The notes below the pieces were generated by a model. It searched no databases. It saw only the letters and a program-made list of their open reading frames with translations, and was not told the origin of the DNA. The translations under genes were made by a program, and so were the position numbers. Source: Eledone cirrhosa (taxonomy: Eukaryota). From it: a stretch of DNA of 64,000 nt. The stretch spans positions 102,982,001-103,046,000 of the forward strand of contig OZ024742.1 of NCBI GenBank assembly GCA_964016885.1, read 5' to 3'. Within the stretch, counting starts at the first letter, position 1, and the number at the start of each line of letters is the position of its first letter. Below are positions 1 through 13,640 of this stretch, in pieces.

Positions 1-9
1 GGAATTCTT

Positions 10-175
10 TCTTCATGCAGGATGCACTTCTTGTTTTGCGGAGGAAAAAGTCAATCCGGGACAAAAGAAAGGAGGGGAAATCTGCATCAGCCCCCCCCCC
101 CCCCCCTCCTCACGGGAACTCTGTCTTCATGCAGGATGCATTATTTTACGGAGGAAAACATCAGTCCGGGGACCG
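10..175. repeat. Diverged ~115-bp tandem duplication
   Basis: tcttcatgcaggatgca...ggaggaaaa..tcaRtccggg occurs at ~10-60 and ~125-170. Confidence 0.6.
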
Positions 176-687
176 AGGATATGTGAGGTCTTGAATACAA
201 CCGGCATGAAAAGAATGCGGTCGGATTACTTCTGCATTACATGTGCCACATTCAGATATATTGTTTGTGTGTCAGATAGGAGAGTGGTTAACTCATTCGA
301 TACCAACCGCTTCTGCAGCTGTAAAATAAACTCACCCATTTCAAACAGTTCCGGTTTAAGTGAAAATTTTCCACAATTATATATAAGAACATTTTGTTGT
401 TAGAAATATCTTAATAATTAAAATTATTCCAGTAATTCCCTAAAGTTCTTTTTCTTCTTCTTCTTCTTCTTCTTCTTGGGAGGGTCATGGGGGAAGAGTC
501 GTTAAACACTCCTTCCAGTGGGTCCTGTCAAAAACAACCGTCTCCTACTGACCCGGCTAGACACCCCCAAGCGAAACCACCCAACTCATGGATGTAATAC
601 AACCCTCTTGCTCGGTATTTACCCCTGGGTCACTCTGCAGTAATTAATTCAAATACAGTATTTTACATTATAGTAATATGGTAATGT

Positions 688-1000
688 AGGCGGCGAATTG
701 GCAGAGTCATTAGAACGTCGGATAGAATGCTTTATGGCATTCGTTCCGGCTCTGCTGTCTGAGTTCAAATCCCACCGAGGTCAACTTTGCGTTTCATCTT
801 TTCGAGGTCGATAAAAAAGTACCAGTCTAGTACTGGGGCGAGTCTTCTTCTATATCTATTTCTCATTCTCTCTTTCTAACTGTCTATCTTTCTCTGGAAG
901 AAATCTTCTGTACTCAGGCCTGGAGAGGCTTAAAATGTCCAAGAAACACTGTATGTCAAACGGCGCCCCTACGACACTACCAGGAGTTACGGGACAAAAA
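688..1000 (+). mobile_element. tRNA-derived SINE (octopus OR-type family)
   Basis: Head ggcggcgaattggcagagtc, B-box-like gagttcaaatcc, shared core gaggtcaactttgc.tttcatc..tcgataaaa..gtaccagt repeated many times in the window. Confidence 0.75.
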
Positions 1001-1229
1001 CAAAAACAAAAATAATGAAAGGGTTAAGACAACTGCCACAGGGACAACTTGACTGTGAAATGCCCAACCACTCAGGAAAGAAAATGTTTGATCGTAGTGG
1101 AAAAAATAGTCAAAGTAATCCAAGTTGTGTGGTTCCCTTGATCAGCTCTTGATATCTCTTCCGATATTAGGACGTTCTATTGATATATATTTATATTTTA
1201 TACAATTTTATTAAAGCGGCTAATTATAA

Positions 1230-1705
1230 CTGTTTCTACTTTAGGCACAAGGCCAGCAAATTACCCAGTGTATTACTGGTACTTTATTTTATCGACCCCG
1301 TAAGGATGAAAGGCAAAGTCAACCTCGGCGGGATTTGAACTCAGACCGTAAAGGGACGTAACTATGCTGGAAAGCATGGCGTCCGACCCTCTACCGATAC
1401 TGCCAATCCACCAACCCAAGCGGCTAATTATAACGTCAGATAGAATGTTTTGAGCTATTCGTTCCAGCCCTCTGCCGTCAGAGTTCAATTCCTGCCGTGG
1501 TCAACTTTGCTTTTCATCCTTTCGAGATCGATAAAATAAAGTACCAGTTCATTACTAGAGTCGATTCTTCCTCTGTATCTCTTTCTCACTTCTGGAAGAA
1601 ATCGGTTGTTTAGACCTGTTGAGGAATGGGTTTCACCAGGTTTAATGTGTCCAAGACGTATGTCATGATGTCGTCCCTACAACTCCACCTAGAGTTACAG
1701 CTCCA
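1230..1705. mobile_element. Two SINE copies, divergent (- 1230-1415, + 1418-1705)
   Basis: Same SINE core as 688-1000 on both strands. Confidence 0.7.
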
Positions 1706-1789
1706 TACATATATGATTATATGATTATTTTATTTTATTTTTTTACTCAATGTTAGACTCAAGGCTGAGGGATCACTTTTAGTGTCTTA

Positions 1790-2095
1790 TATTATAGGAC
1801 ACTTTCTACCAGCTCAGGCTTCGCTGCCCGCCAAGCCGAAGAGGGAAAACTGTCAAAGCATCGGCCGCTCTCTGATAGGTTTGTGGTTGAGCCTGTAGCA
1901 GTGGAGATTTCCAGCGTTCTTGCCTCGCCCGGATCACATCCCTGTTCACTGCTATCAGAGCAGAGCTGGCTACCCGCAAATGTGAGTCCTGCGAGATGGA
2001 GTGGAGGTTCCAGCACGTCTCCTTTGCCATTCTCCGGGATAATGTTTTCTACATCCTGGATCACGAGTCGGACTGACCCTTGAACAGTGAGTGAT
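1790..2095 (+). mobile_element. 3' fragment of CRE-like (RLE) non-LTR retrotransposon
   Basis: Decayed ...RFVVEPVAVEISS...CESCEMEWRFQHVSFAILRDN, homologous to the end of the 40430-43745 element. Confidence 0.75.
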
Positions 2096-2172
2096 AAATA
2101 CAGATCACACACAGTGTAAACACTAACAATTATTGTCAGATGGTGATGGGTGGTCTGCAAGCTAAGTATGTA

Positions 2173-2174
<2 letters not shown>

Positions 2175-2238
<64 letters not shown>

Positions 2239-2661
2239 CACACATTCACACACACACCTACTCACACGCACACACACACTAAACATGTATATCAATACCC
2301 ATAGACCCATGCTCACAGTCACACACGCAAACACTCACATACATATACTCACACACACACACGTATATATACAGACATATACACATATACATAGAAAGAT
2401 ACCATACTAACATTAGCCATAGACATAAAAAGTTCCATACAAACATACATACACACGCATACGTATACTCATAGATATAGATATATACATTCATAGATAT
2501 ACACACATACATACACGTACATGCATACATAGATGCACATATACATACATTGATGCACATAATGCATACATATCCATATACATACATATATACATGCATA
2601 CGTACATGAATAGATGCATATATACATACATAGATGTACATACATACACACACACACATGC

Positions 2662-2724
<63 letters not shown>

Positions 2725-2945
2725 GTTGAAAATGAACGAACAAAACAGCAATTGTTCAGTTAGATTAGGTTCACGCTACATACATACATACTTACCTACT
2801 TCCCCCTACCTCCCTACCTACCTACATACATACATACATACATACATACATACATACATACATACATACATACATACATACATACATACATACATACATA
2901 CATACATACATACATACATACATACATACCTACCTCCCTACCTAC
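2175..2945. repeat. Compound microsatellite (CA)n/(TA)n/(TG)n/(TACA)n
   Basis: Visible simple repeats. Confidence 0.95.
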
Positions 2946-2947
2946 CT

Positions 2948-3493
2948 GGTGGCTGCCAACTCGTTTTCGAGTACGGCCACTACTTTATATCCATGTAGGA
3001 GAACCCCTACCGATGCGCTGAACAAGTGTGACTTTTCAGTCCAGCCAGCGACTTGAAAACTCTGGTACAAACACTACACTTGTGACAATTATTGACACAT
3101 AGTGCTGGGCCCATGGTACCATGTGATGACAAGTGCAGAGAGATCTCCAGATATAAAACAATGCCTGTGCCGTGAAGCTTTTATAGTGAGCAAAGGCACT
3201 GCACAAAGCCAGTCCCACTCTCTTAACCAAGATGATATTTACCAAAAAGAAGAACAAGTCAACATCATTGGCTACCATCAGAGTTGCAGGTGTTATATCA
3301 GAGTTTTCCTTCTCCTAGAATTCTGCCTTGACAAAGGCTAAGGGGTCATCTCTCCCGGTGATTTTGGATGGCCATTGACTCTTAAGAGCTCCTTTGCCCT
3401 TTGGCAGGTTTTGTTTTTAGTCCTGCAGGATGTCCAAAGTCACCCTCCTCACCAAGCAACCTTGGCGGGGTTGCCAGTTTAGTCGCCAACGAC
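2948..3493 (-). mobile_element. Non-autonomous RTE-associated element (SINE-like), copy 1, 5'-truncated
   Basis: Nearly identical to 8774-9316; no long ORF; 3' end ggccgtactcgaaaacgagttggcagccacc resembles the RTE 3' end at 3776; both flanks are (TACA)n-type. Confidence 0.7.
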
Positions 3494-3775
3494 CTACATA
3501 CCTACATACATACATACATACATACCTACCTACCTACATACATACCTACATACATACATACATACATACATACCTACCTACATACATACATACATACATA
3601 CATACATACATACATACATACATACATACCTACCTACATACATACATACATACATACATACATACCTACCTACATACATACATACATACATACATACATA
3701 CATACATACATACATACATACATACATACCTACCTACCTACCTACATACATACATACATACATACATACATACAT

Positions 3776-3843
3776 GATGGCTGCCCCCTCGTTATCGAGT
3801 ATGGCCATTGCACAATAAAAAAAAATAAAAAAAATAAAAAAAA

Positions 3844-3906
<63 letters not shown>

Positions 3907-3926
3907 AATAAAAAAAAAAAAAAAAG

Positions 3927-3959
<33 letters not shown>

Positions 3960-4081
3960 TATACATATATATATATATACACATACACATACACACACAC
4001 ATACATACACATACATACATATATACACACACACATACATACACATACACTCACACATATATACACACATACATTAATAAC

Positions 4082-4130
<49 letters not shown>

Positions 4131-4209
4131 GCAATAATAATAATAACGACAACAACAATAATAATATACATATTCATATATATATACACACACACGCACG
4201 CACATAAGC

Positions 4210-4251
<42 letters not shown>

Positions 4252-5838
4252 GATAGCAACTAACAGTGCTGCGATCGAATGTGGCTTTTTAGCCCAGCCA
4301 ATGATCCAAAATGTCTTGCACAGAGTCGGCAACCAAAACATTTACTGGGAATAGTCGGCTGTGGTTGGAGTTCGTGTACTTTTGCATGTCGCTTGAGTCC
4401 TCCTGCTGATTTACATTCTCTACCACATGTTTGGCAAGCATGATGAGTAACATCTCCAACAGCAGCCTGGTAGTCAACCACTGGTCTTACTTTATGACTG
4501 CGAAGATGACTTTCGAGTCCAGCTTTGCTTAGGCAGAGTCTCGCACAGACGCTGCATGTCAGAAACATAGGAGGACCCTCGCCGTCTGGAAGTGCAACAG
4601 CAATACCCTTCCTCACGTCCCGCTTTACTTTCTCGTGTGCGATTCGAGATGCCTCAAAGGCAACTTTTCCCTCATATACAGTCTTTCTCCATTTATTACG
4701 ATCAGCAGCAATATTTTCCCATGTATCAGCAGAGATGTTAGCGTCTTTCAGAGAGGCCTTCAAGGAATCCTTATACCTCTTTTTTGGTTTATGTGGCGGT
4801 CGTTTTCCTTTAACCAACTCTCCATAGAAGAGTTGTTTTGGTATTCTAGAATCCTTCATCCTGGCAAGGTGACCACTCCAACGGAGTCGCTGCTTAAGCA
4901 CAAGAGCTTCTATACTGTCACACATAGAGCTTTCCAAAATCTCGACATCACTGATGTGGTCCCTCCAGCGAACGCCATGTATCCGTCTGAGACACATCTG
5001 ATGGAAACGCTCCAATTGCTTAAGGTGGCGTCGATATGTGACCCAGGTCTCGCAGGCATAAAGAAGACAAGAGAGTACACATGCCCTGTACACCTTTACC
5101 TTTGTCCTCCTGCATATGTCTCGCCGACCCCAGAGTCGCCTTTCTAGCTTTCCGAAAGCATCACTTGCTTTCCTAATCCTAAGTGAGATTTCACTGTCAA
5201 GGTTGCCGTATCGATTGACAGTGCTTCCCAGGTAGACAAACTGATCAACCACTCCAAGTCGTTTGCCATACACATAGATGTTTGGTTCAGTGTACTGCCT
5301 ACCAGGTGCAGGTTGGTACATGACGACGGTTTTCTTGAGACTGACAGTCAAACCCAGGGCAGTGCAAGCGTCAGAAAATACATTCAAAATGTGCTGCATA
5401 TCACTCTCTGTGTGCGCTACAAGATCGCAATCATCTGCATACAAGAGGTCTCTTATGACTGATGTAAATACTTTTGTCTTCGCAGCAAAGCGCCTGATGT
5501 TAAATATGCTGCCTGAGGTTCGATATCGGATGTAAACACCATGCTCGCAATTCCTGAATGCAATACAGAAAACCATTGCAAAGTATATGGCAAACAGGGT
5601 CGGTGCTGGAATATCCCCCTGTTTCACTCCATTTTTTACTGAGATAGGCTCCGACATGTTACCTCCGACATTAACCCAAGCCTTCATGTCGTCATGGAAA
5701 GACCTAACTAAAGCAAGGAACTTATCAGGGCAACCAAGTTTCTGGAGAACCTTCCATAATGCATCTCTGTTGACAGTATCGAAAGCCTTTGTCAGATCGA
5801 CAAAAACCTGATACAGATCCAAGCCCTGTTCAATGCAC
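3776..5838 (-). mobile_element. RTE-clade LINE, 5'-truncated, copy 1
   Basis: RT ORF plus 3' stem-loop tail and (ATGT)n; 5' junction lies in (TACA)n. Confidence 0.92.
4260..5836 (-). CDS. RTE retrotransposon ORF (RT domain, C-terminal region, three C2H2 fingers), N-terminally truncated
   Basis: VFVDLTKAFDTV, GVKQGDIPAPTLF, LLYADD, FVYLGS, RLRWSGHLARM motifs; uninterrupted for ~525 codons; the ORF-track N-terminal MYVC run is microsatellite. Confidence 0.88.
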
Positions 5839-6014
5839 ATACATACATACATACATACATACATACATACATACATACATACATACCTACCTCCCTACCT
5901 ACCTACATACATACCTACCTACATACATACATACATACATACATACATACATACATACATACATACATACATACATACATACATACATACATACATACAT
6001 ACCTACATATATAT

Positions 6015-6198
6015 GATGGCTGCCCCCTCGTTATCGAGTATGGCCATTGCACGAGGAGAAAGAAGAAAAAAAAAAATAATAATAAATAAATTAAAAAAAA
6101 AGAAGAAATATATATATACATATACATACACATATACACACACACACACACACACATACACACTCACACACATATACACACACACATACATTAATAAC

Positions 6199-6236
<38 letters not shown>

Positions 6237-6315
6237 CAATAATAATAACGACAACAACAATAATGATATACATATACATATATATATATATACACACACA
6301 CGCACACACATAAGC

Positions 6316-6353
<38 letters not shown>

Positions 6354-7360
6354 TAGCAACTAAAAGCGCTCCGATCGAATGTGGCTTTTTAGACCAGCCA
6401 ATGATCTAAAATGTCTTGCACAGAGTCGGCAACCAAAACATTCACTGGGAATAGTCGGTTGTGGTTGGAGTTTGTGTACTTTTGCATGTCGCTTGAGCCC
6501 TCCTGCTGATTTACATTCTCTACCACATGTTTGGCAAGCATGATGAGTAGCATCTCCAACAGCAGCCTGGTGGTCAACCACTGGTTTTACTTTATGACTG
6601 CGAAGATGACTTTCGAGTCCAGCTTTGCTTAGGCAGAGTCTCGCACATACGCTGCATGTCAGCACCATAGGAGGACCCTGCCGTCTGGAAGTGCAACAGC
6701 AATGCCCTTCCTCACATCCCGCTTTACTTTCTCGTATGCGATTCGAGATGCCTCAAAGGCAACTTTTCCCTCATATACAGTCTTTCCCCATTTATTACGA
6801 TCAGCAGCAATATTTTCCCATGTATCAGCAGAGATGTTAGCGTCTTTCAGAGAGGCTTTCAAGGAATCCTTATACCTCTTTTTTGGTTTATGTGGCGGTC
6901 GTTTTCCTTTAACCAACTGTCCATAAAAGAGTTGTTTTGGTATTCTAGAATCCTTCATCCTGGCAAGGTGACCACTACAACGGAGTCGTTGCTTAAGCTC
7001 AAGAGCTTCTATACTGTCACACATAGAGCTTTCCAAAATCTCGACATCACTGATGTGGTCCCTCCAGTGAACGCCATGGATCTGTCTGAGACACATCTGA
7101 TGGAAACGCTCCAATTGCTTAAGGTGGTGTCGATATGTGACCCAGGTCTCGCAGGCATAAAGAAGACAAGAGAGCACACATGCCCTGTACACCTTTACCT
7201 TTGTCCTCCTGCATATGTATCGCCGACCCCAGAGTCGCCTTTCTAGCTTTCCGAAAGCATCACTTGGGGCAGGTTGGTACATGACAACGGTTTTCTTGAG
7301 ACTGACAGTCAATCCTAGGGCAGTGCAAGCGTCAGAAAATGCATTCAAAATGTGCTGCAT
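6015..7360 (-). mobile_element. RTE-clade LINE, copy 2 (shorter, 138-bp in-frame deletion, frameshift near 6680)
   Basis: Highly similar to copy 1; QPAP-SDAFG junction lacks 46 aa; zinc-finger part is in a separate ORF (6360-6668). Confidence 0.9.
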
Positions 7361-7414
7361 ATATACATACATACATATATATATATATACATACATACAT
7401 ATATATATACATAC

Positions 7415-7449
<35 letters not shown>

Positions 7450-8131
7450 TATGTATATAAATATATATACATATATATATATACATTATATATATATCAC
7501 AGAAAAAAAAGAATCACTGTTGCGATGATTGGAATTTATTGGACATATTACAATCGTTTCTCTGACGACCAGCTCGAAGCACGATCGATGTGATGATCGA
7601 ATCCAACACCAATTACATTATATACATATACATATATATAGATTATGCATACATTATATACATATATATATATACATATATATAGATTATATATACATTA
7701 TATACATATATATATATATATACATATACATAGATTATATATACATTATATACATATATATAGATTATATATACATTATATACATATATATATACATATA
7801 TATACACTATATATATATATATATATATATACATTATATACATATATATATATATATATACATAGACTATATATACATTATATACACATATATATACATA
7901 TACATAGATTATATATACATTATATACATATATATATATATACATATACATATATAGATTATATACATATACATTATATACATATATATAGATTATATAT
8001 ACATTATATACATATATATAGATTATATATACATATATATACATATATATACATATATATATATATATGTATATGTATACATATACATTATATAATATAT
8101 ATATATATGTATATGTATACATATACATTAT

Positions 8132-8177
<46 letters not shown>

Positions 8178-8180
8178 GTA
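7360..8180. repeat. Degenerate (TA)n/TATACAT-type compound microsatellite with a ~120-bp unique island at 7497-7615
   Basis: Visible simple repeats. Confidence 0.9.
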
Positions 8181-8182
8181 CA

Positions 8183-8530
8183 TTATCATCATCATTTTAC
8201 GTCCGCTTTTCCCTGCTTACAAGGGCGGGAGGGATCCTATTCAGCACAGTATCTCTCCACTTGTCACGGTCCTTCGTCATCTCCTTGGTGAGCTTCAGCG
8301 ATCTGAGGTCTGCTCTCACCACCTCCGCCCATGTTTTTCGTGGTCTACCTCTACAACATCTTCCTTCAACTAGCATTTCCTGGCACTTCTTCACCCATCG
8401 GTCATCCTCCATGCGCATCACATGTCCATACCACCTCAGTCTCCTCTCTCGTACACTGCAATCTATCCCTCTCAGACACAATTTCTCTCTCAACACATCC
8501 ATGCTTGGTCATTCACGCACATTGGCATTG
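8183..8530 (-). mobile_element. 3' fragment of a second RTE-type LINE family with (ATG)n tail
   Basis: RERRLRWYGHVMRM...[20 protein letters not shown]...DRDKWR; tail ggacgtaaaatgatgatgat; similar tail remnants at ~9478-9590 and ~22145-22200. Confidence 0.85.
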
Positions 8531-8773
8531 CATACATACATACATACATACATACATACATACATACATACATACATACATACATACATACATACATACA
8601 TACCTACCTACCTACCTACCTACCTACCTACCTACCTACATACATACATACCTACCTACCTACCTACCTACCTGCATACATACATACATACATACATACA
8701 TACATACATACATACATACATACATACATACATACATACATACATACATACATACATACATACATACATACAT

Positions 8774-9378
8774 GGTGGCTGCCAACTCGTTTTCGAGTAC
8801 GGCCACTACTTTATATCCATGTAGGAGAAGCCCTACCGATGCGCTGAACGAGTGTGACTTTTTAGTCCAGCCAGCGACTTGAAAACTCTGGTACAAACAC
8901 TACACTTGTGACAATTATTGACACATAGTGCTGGGCCCATGGTACCATGTGACGACAAGTGCAGAGAGATTTCCAGATATAAAACAATGCCTGTGCTGTG
9001 AAGCTTTTATAGTGAGCAAAGGCACTGCACAAAGACAGTCCCACTCTCTTAACCAAGATGATATTTACCAAAAAGAAGAACATGTCAACATCATTAGATA
9101 CCATCAGAGTTGCAGGTGTTATATCAGAGTTTTCCTTCTAGAATTCTGCCTTCACAAAGGCTAAGGGATCATCTCTCCCAGTGATTTTGGATGGCCATTG
9201 ACTCTTAAGAACTCATTTGCCTTTTGACAGGTTTTGTTTTTAGTCCTGCAGGATGTCCAAAGTCACCCTCCTCACCAAGAAACCTTGGTGGGGTTGCCAG
9301 TTTAGTCGCCAACGACCCGACCATGAGACATGTTGTACTGGGATACATGTTACCAGTAGCACCAACTGGTGACCTGAC
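8774..9378 (-). mobile_element. Non-autonomous RTE-associated element (SINE-like), copy 2, longer 5' end
   Basis: Near-identical to 2948-3493 plus ~60 extra 5' nt; (ATGT)n tail. Confidence 0.7.
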
Positions 9379-9409
9379 ACATACACATATATACATACAT
9401 ACATACATT

Positions 9410-9451
<42 letters not shown>

Positions 9452-10084
9452 TTATATATATATATATATATAAATATATCATCATCATCATCGTTTTACG
9501 TCCGTTCTTCTACGCTAGGATGGGTTAGACGGGTTACCCTGTTGTTGGTAGTGTCCGGTCGGCTGACCTTGTCTTGCTCATGCGGGAACTTATATATATA
9601 TATATATACTCATTATATATATATATATACACATTATATATATATACATACATACTTACATACAACAACATACATACATACATACATACATACTTACATA
9701 CAACAACAAAAAAACGCACACTGAATGATGACCTTACCAGCTGGTAACTATCAAACCTATAAACTTTTTTCGGCCTTCAATAGCAGCATATGAATTACTG
9801 ACAGATAAATAAACATACTGTATGAAATATTTAAGTATCAATCAAAAGTTCACAGTCATTTCTACTGAATGACCAGTCCAATGTTTGGTCAAGAAGGGGT
9901 CTACATTTGCTTCAGCTGTTAACAATAACCTGATTAAATTTCAATGAAGCATGAAAAAGTTGGAGTGGTGTTTGAAAATATTCTATGTCAGACATATACA
10001 TGGCTGTGCGTGGTTAAAGATTTCGCTTCGCATACACGTGACTCCAAACTCGATACTACTGTACCTTGGGCATATATTTTCTAC

Positions 10085-10515
10085 TTAAAAATATATATAT
10101 GAACCCGTAACTCCTGACTTACAAGGGCGCCGTAGTGACATTTGGTGGAGCCCGTCTCTTCCCCAGGTCTGATTACAGATGCTTTCTTCCAGAGAAGTGA
10201 TAGGGGGAAGTGAGAAAAAGATATAGAGGTTGAATCGATCCCATACTAGACTGAGTTTTTTTCTATCGACTTGGAAAGTAGAAATGATAGTAACTCCTGA
10301 TGGAATCATAGGGGTGCCGTATTGGACATACATCGTGTTTTGGACATTTAAAACCTGTCGGAGCCCATTCCCACTCCAAGTCTAAATACAGTCGATTTCT
10401 TCCAGAGAGTGACAAAGATGAAGCGAAAAAGAGATATAAAGGAAAGATTGACTCTAGAACTTGACTCGAAAGCATATTATCCAACGTTCTAACAATTCAG
10501 CCAATTTGCCACCGT
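10085..10515 (-). mobile_element. SINE with internally duplicated 3' part
   Basis: Reverse complement of the 688-1000 family tail (gtaactcctg, tttcttccagaga, tcgac) present twice. Confidence 0.6.
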
Positions 10516-10669
10516 ATCTCTGCTACTCTAACCCAATACTGCGCATCAGACTTCTCATATTGGACGCTTTTGCTTATCCCAAATTAGCGACCTTCCATTC
10601 AGGATGTAATAAATTATGACGATATATTGAAAATATATCCGTTCTTGAATCATTAAATTGTTTTAAAAT

Positions 10670-10997
10670 CCCCGGACTACACTCCTACGCATTGCTATCG
10701 GATCTGGATGTCCGCATGTGCGGGCCTCGCGAGGTGGAGTGGCTGTACCAACGCGTCTCCATCGCCGACCCTCGGGGCAATTTCCTATCCATCCTGTCGG
10801 CCAGGACTACGAGGCGGTCGACGTATTATGGTAAGAGTAGGGTGGCAGTCTCCAGTCGGGTTAATAAAGCTGACACAGCTAAACAGTTCAGCAGCTTTTT
10901 GTTTTATCAATAGTTGTGTCTTATTTATGGAGCTTTTGCGGTCTTGTCCACGGGGCACAGCCCTTCTGCCTCCATGCCATAGGCCCAAAGCCCAATC

Positions 10998-11000
<3 letters not shown>
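10670..11000 (+). mobile_element. 3' fragments of CRE-like element (family B)
   Basis: CGPREVEWLYQRVSIADPRGN; tail gcttttgcggtcttgtcc...cccaaagcccaatca shared with 18672-19200 and 35420-36000. Confidence 0.7.
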
Positions 11001-11072
<72 letters not shown>

Positions 11073-11219
11073 GCAGAACACTGGTGGGTTGTATCCGCAG
11101 TATGGGACGAGTTTGGTGGAAGATTATCTCATTTAAACCGAGCTGATGATCCATTTGAGGTGAAACAAATTGTTCTCGGAAATGGTGTACTAACTTGTGG
11201 AATTGTGGAACTACTTATA

Positions 11220-11274
<55 letters not shown>

Positions 11275-11276
<2 letters not shown>

Positions 11277-11462
11277 TGTTTCTACTTTTGGCACAAGGCC
11301 AGCAATTATCCCAGTGTATTACTGGTGCTTTATTTTATCGACCCCGTAAGGATGAAATGCAAAGTTAACCTCGGCGGGATTTGAACTCAGACCATAAAGG
11401 GCCGCAACTCTTTGCTGCAAAACATAGCGTCCGACCCTCTATCAATACTGCCAATCCACCGC

Positions 11463-11499
<37 letters not shown>

Positions 11500-12060
11500 T
11501 GTTTCTACTTTTGGCACAAGGCCAGCAATTACTCAGTACATTACTGGTACTTTATTTTTATCGACCCCGTAAGGATGAAAGGTAAAGTCAACCTCGGCGG
11601 GATTTGAACTCAGATCGTAAAGGGACGTAACTATGGTGGAAAGCGTCCGACCCTCTACCGATACTGCCAATCCACCGCCTAATCCACCACCTAATAATAA
11701 TAATAATAATGTTATTACTACCACAGAGGTCCGACGAGCTTTTGATTCCAGGGTCGGGCTAGATCGATACAGATCGAACCGTGAGCTGATCAGTAGCGAA
11801 ACGCACATCACCAACCAATAAACGTAATGAAGGAGTAACCATTCATCCTTGTATTATTATATTACACTCTCGGACGCCATGCTTTGCAGCATAGAGTTAC
11901 GGCCCTTTAAGATCTGAGTTCAAATTCCGACGAGGTTAACTTTGCCTTTCATCCTTACAGAGTCGATAAAATAAAGTACCAGTCACGCACTGGGGTCGAT
12001 TTAATCGTCTTTCCCATCCCCCAAAATTACTGGCCTTGTGCCTATATAAGGAATCATTAT
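11275..12060. mobile_element. Cluster of three SINE copies with (TAA)n tails
   Basis: - strand 11275-11460 and 11500-11690; + strand 11870-12060. Confidence 0.75.
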
Positions 12061-12131
12061 ATTACACTCTGTCTAACCTAAGCATCGGGTGCTCACCCGG
12101 GTGAACCTATAGTAATTCCTCGTTACACTCC

Positions 12132-12233
<102 letters not shown>

Positions 12234-12237
12234 AATG

Positions 12238-12268
<31 letters not shown>

Positions 12269-12269
12269 C

Positions 12270-13289
<1,020 letters not shown>

Positions 13290-13304
<15 letters not shown>

Positions 13305-13608
13305 GAGGATGTCTGTCTGTGTGTCTGTTTCCCTAAAACTCGAGAACTACCCAACCGTTTTTTTTCAAACTTTATATATCCTATTTATCGTCCTATTGAG
13401 TGTTCTGAGCAAAAAACATTTCAAATCTTCAATGCCCTAGGGACCGCATTAGACGATTTAGTGATCTCTTTCTCTTTCTCTTAGTCTTTCTCTTTTTAGA
13501 TAGATATATAGATATGACGTCGCGCCTTCATAATATCTGTCTGTATGCCTGGCTGTCTGCATTACGACATTATGACGCGATCAGTGTGTGTGCGTATATG
13601 TATATATA

Positions 13609-13640
<32 letters not shown>

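Noticed and set aside
688-790. tRNA-like A/B boxes here and at 38660-38720
   Set aside because: They are SINE heads with no complete cloverleaf, and they continue into repeated SINE bodies.
6360-6668. Stand-alone C2H2 zinc-finger gene
   Set aside because: It is the frameshifted C-terminus of RTE copy 2.
7497-7615. Unique island in microsatellite with CTGACGA and GAAAC-like motifs
   Set aside because: The core elements lie on opposite strands or are incomplete; it is probably a pLTR scrap but cannot be supported.
11275-11690. Regularly spaced repeats resembling a CRISPR array (also 17500-17890 and 32380-33170)
   Set aside because: The units are ~190-bp SINE copies with (TAA)n tails in a eukaryotic genome; there are no spacers or cas genes.
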